The position numbers and the translations under genes are program-made. A stretch of 36,016 bases of DNA from Chiloscyllium plagiosum (Eukaryota). Positions 35,415-36,016 of the stretch are shown one piece after another. The notes beneath the pieces were generated by a model. It saw only the letters and a program-made list of their open reading frames with translations, did not search any database and had not been told where the DNA came from. Numbering within the stretch: position 1 is the stretch's first letter; every line of letters begins with the position of its first letter. Location: contig NW_025215269.1 in NCBI RefSeq assembly GCF_004010195.1, positions 23,606 through 59,621 of the forward strand, written 5' to 3'.

Positions 35415-35493
35415 GTGTATGTGTGTGTGTGTGTGTGCGTGTATGTGTGTGTGTGTGTGTGTGTGTACGCGCGCACACACGTGCATACATGCA
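35415..35493. repeat. Imperfect (TG)n microsatellite continuing as an alternating purine-pyrimidine tract
   Basis: gtgtatgtgtgtgt...gtgtgtacgcgcgcacacacgtgcatacatgca. Confidence 0.95.
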
Positions 35494-35540
35494 GGCAGGG
35501 TTCATGAATGGTAGATTTCCTGCCCTAAAAAGGACAGTCT

Positions 35541-35730
35541 CTGGAGAAACACAACAGTTCTGGTAGCATGTATGAAGAGACAACAGTGTTCCTGCTTTGA
35601 GTCCAGTGGTCCTTCAAAACGTGGCTGGATTCAAAACATTAACTGTTATCTCTCCACAGATGCTGCCAGACCTGCTGCGTTTCCCCAGCAATTTTGCCTT
35701 TTGTTGCTGATCCCCAACATCTGCAATTCA
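35541..35730. mobile_element. Inverted pair of Penelope-derived terminal repeat fragments
   Basis: Left arm 35541-35606 is a diverged reverse complement of right arm 35625-35688; the right arm shares gatgctgcc.gacctgctgcg with the minus strand of 32446-32577. Confidence 0.7.
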
Positions 35731-36016
35731 TTATTTTAGTGAATAACGGTTTTCTGGTTTCCAGGACTGAGAGAAACTTTCACGTCCAGGTCTTTTTATT
35801 AGTTGAACATAAATTACACTGGCTGCCATGATGGGATTTCAATTTGTGTTCTCAGAAGACCTAGATCTCTGGGCTGCTCAACCATTATCACTAGATCCCA
35901 ATCTTCCCTTCAATGACAATTTTTTTCCTGAATATTTTCTTTTATTCATTCATGGGATGTCGCACTTTGTTTCCCACTATTGTTCTGGTAAACATCAACT
36001 TCACTTTCCCGCTGTT

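Larger units (their letters stand above)
35310..35900 (-). mobile_element. Minus-strand tRNA-derived SINE interrupted by a microsatellite and a Penelope-derived insertion
   Basis: ggcagttgagagtcaaacacatt...tctggagtcaca and agatttcctgccctaaaaaggaca / ttagtgaa; gccatgatgggatttcaa is a degenerate reverse-complement B-box; same family as 33020-33275. Confidence 0.6.

Noticed and set aside
35329..35583. ORFs with THTHTH / VCVCVC runs
   Set aside because: Translations of the (TG)n microsatellite.

Overview
Non-coding, repeat-rich eukaryotic DNA, almost certainly from a cartilaginous fish (an intact HE1-type V-SINE plus shark-type CR1 and Penelope-like remnants). No intact protein-coding gene is supported. 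Positions 1-24954 are a 65-bp tandem satellite. It runs from a diverged section with irregular multi-kb higher-order duplications and a single 59-bp CR1 fragment, through ~8 identical monomers, to ~69.6 identical copies of a 130-bp dimer that end abruptly. The most interesting part is 24955-30321, a decayed tandemly duplicated tRNA-gene cassette. The units carry tRNA-Pro(UGG)-derived genes with an 18-20 nt insertion at exactly the canonical 37/38 intron site, a CR1 3' fragment and initiator-tRNA-Met remnants, and are followed by a minus-strand tRNA-Trp(CCA). Several of these copies show compensatory acceptor-stem changes. The rest is a mosaic of HE1 SINE, CR1 LINE fragments, Penelope-like pieces (one with a decayed hammerhead core, one as an inverted pair nested in a SINE), a 704-bp tandem duplication and a (TG)n microsatellite. 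Family names and identity counts come from by-eye comparison with remembered consensus sequences, not from database searches.
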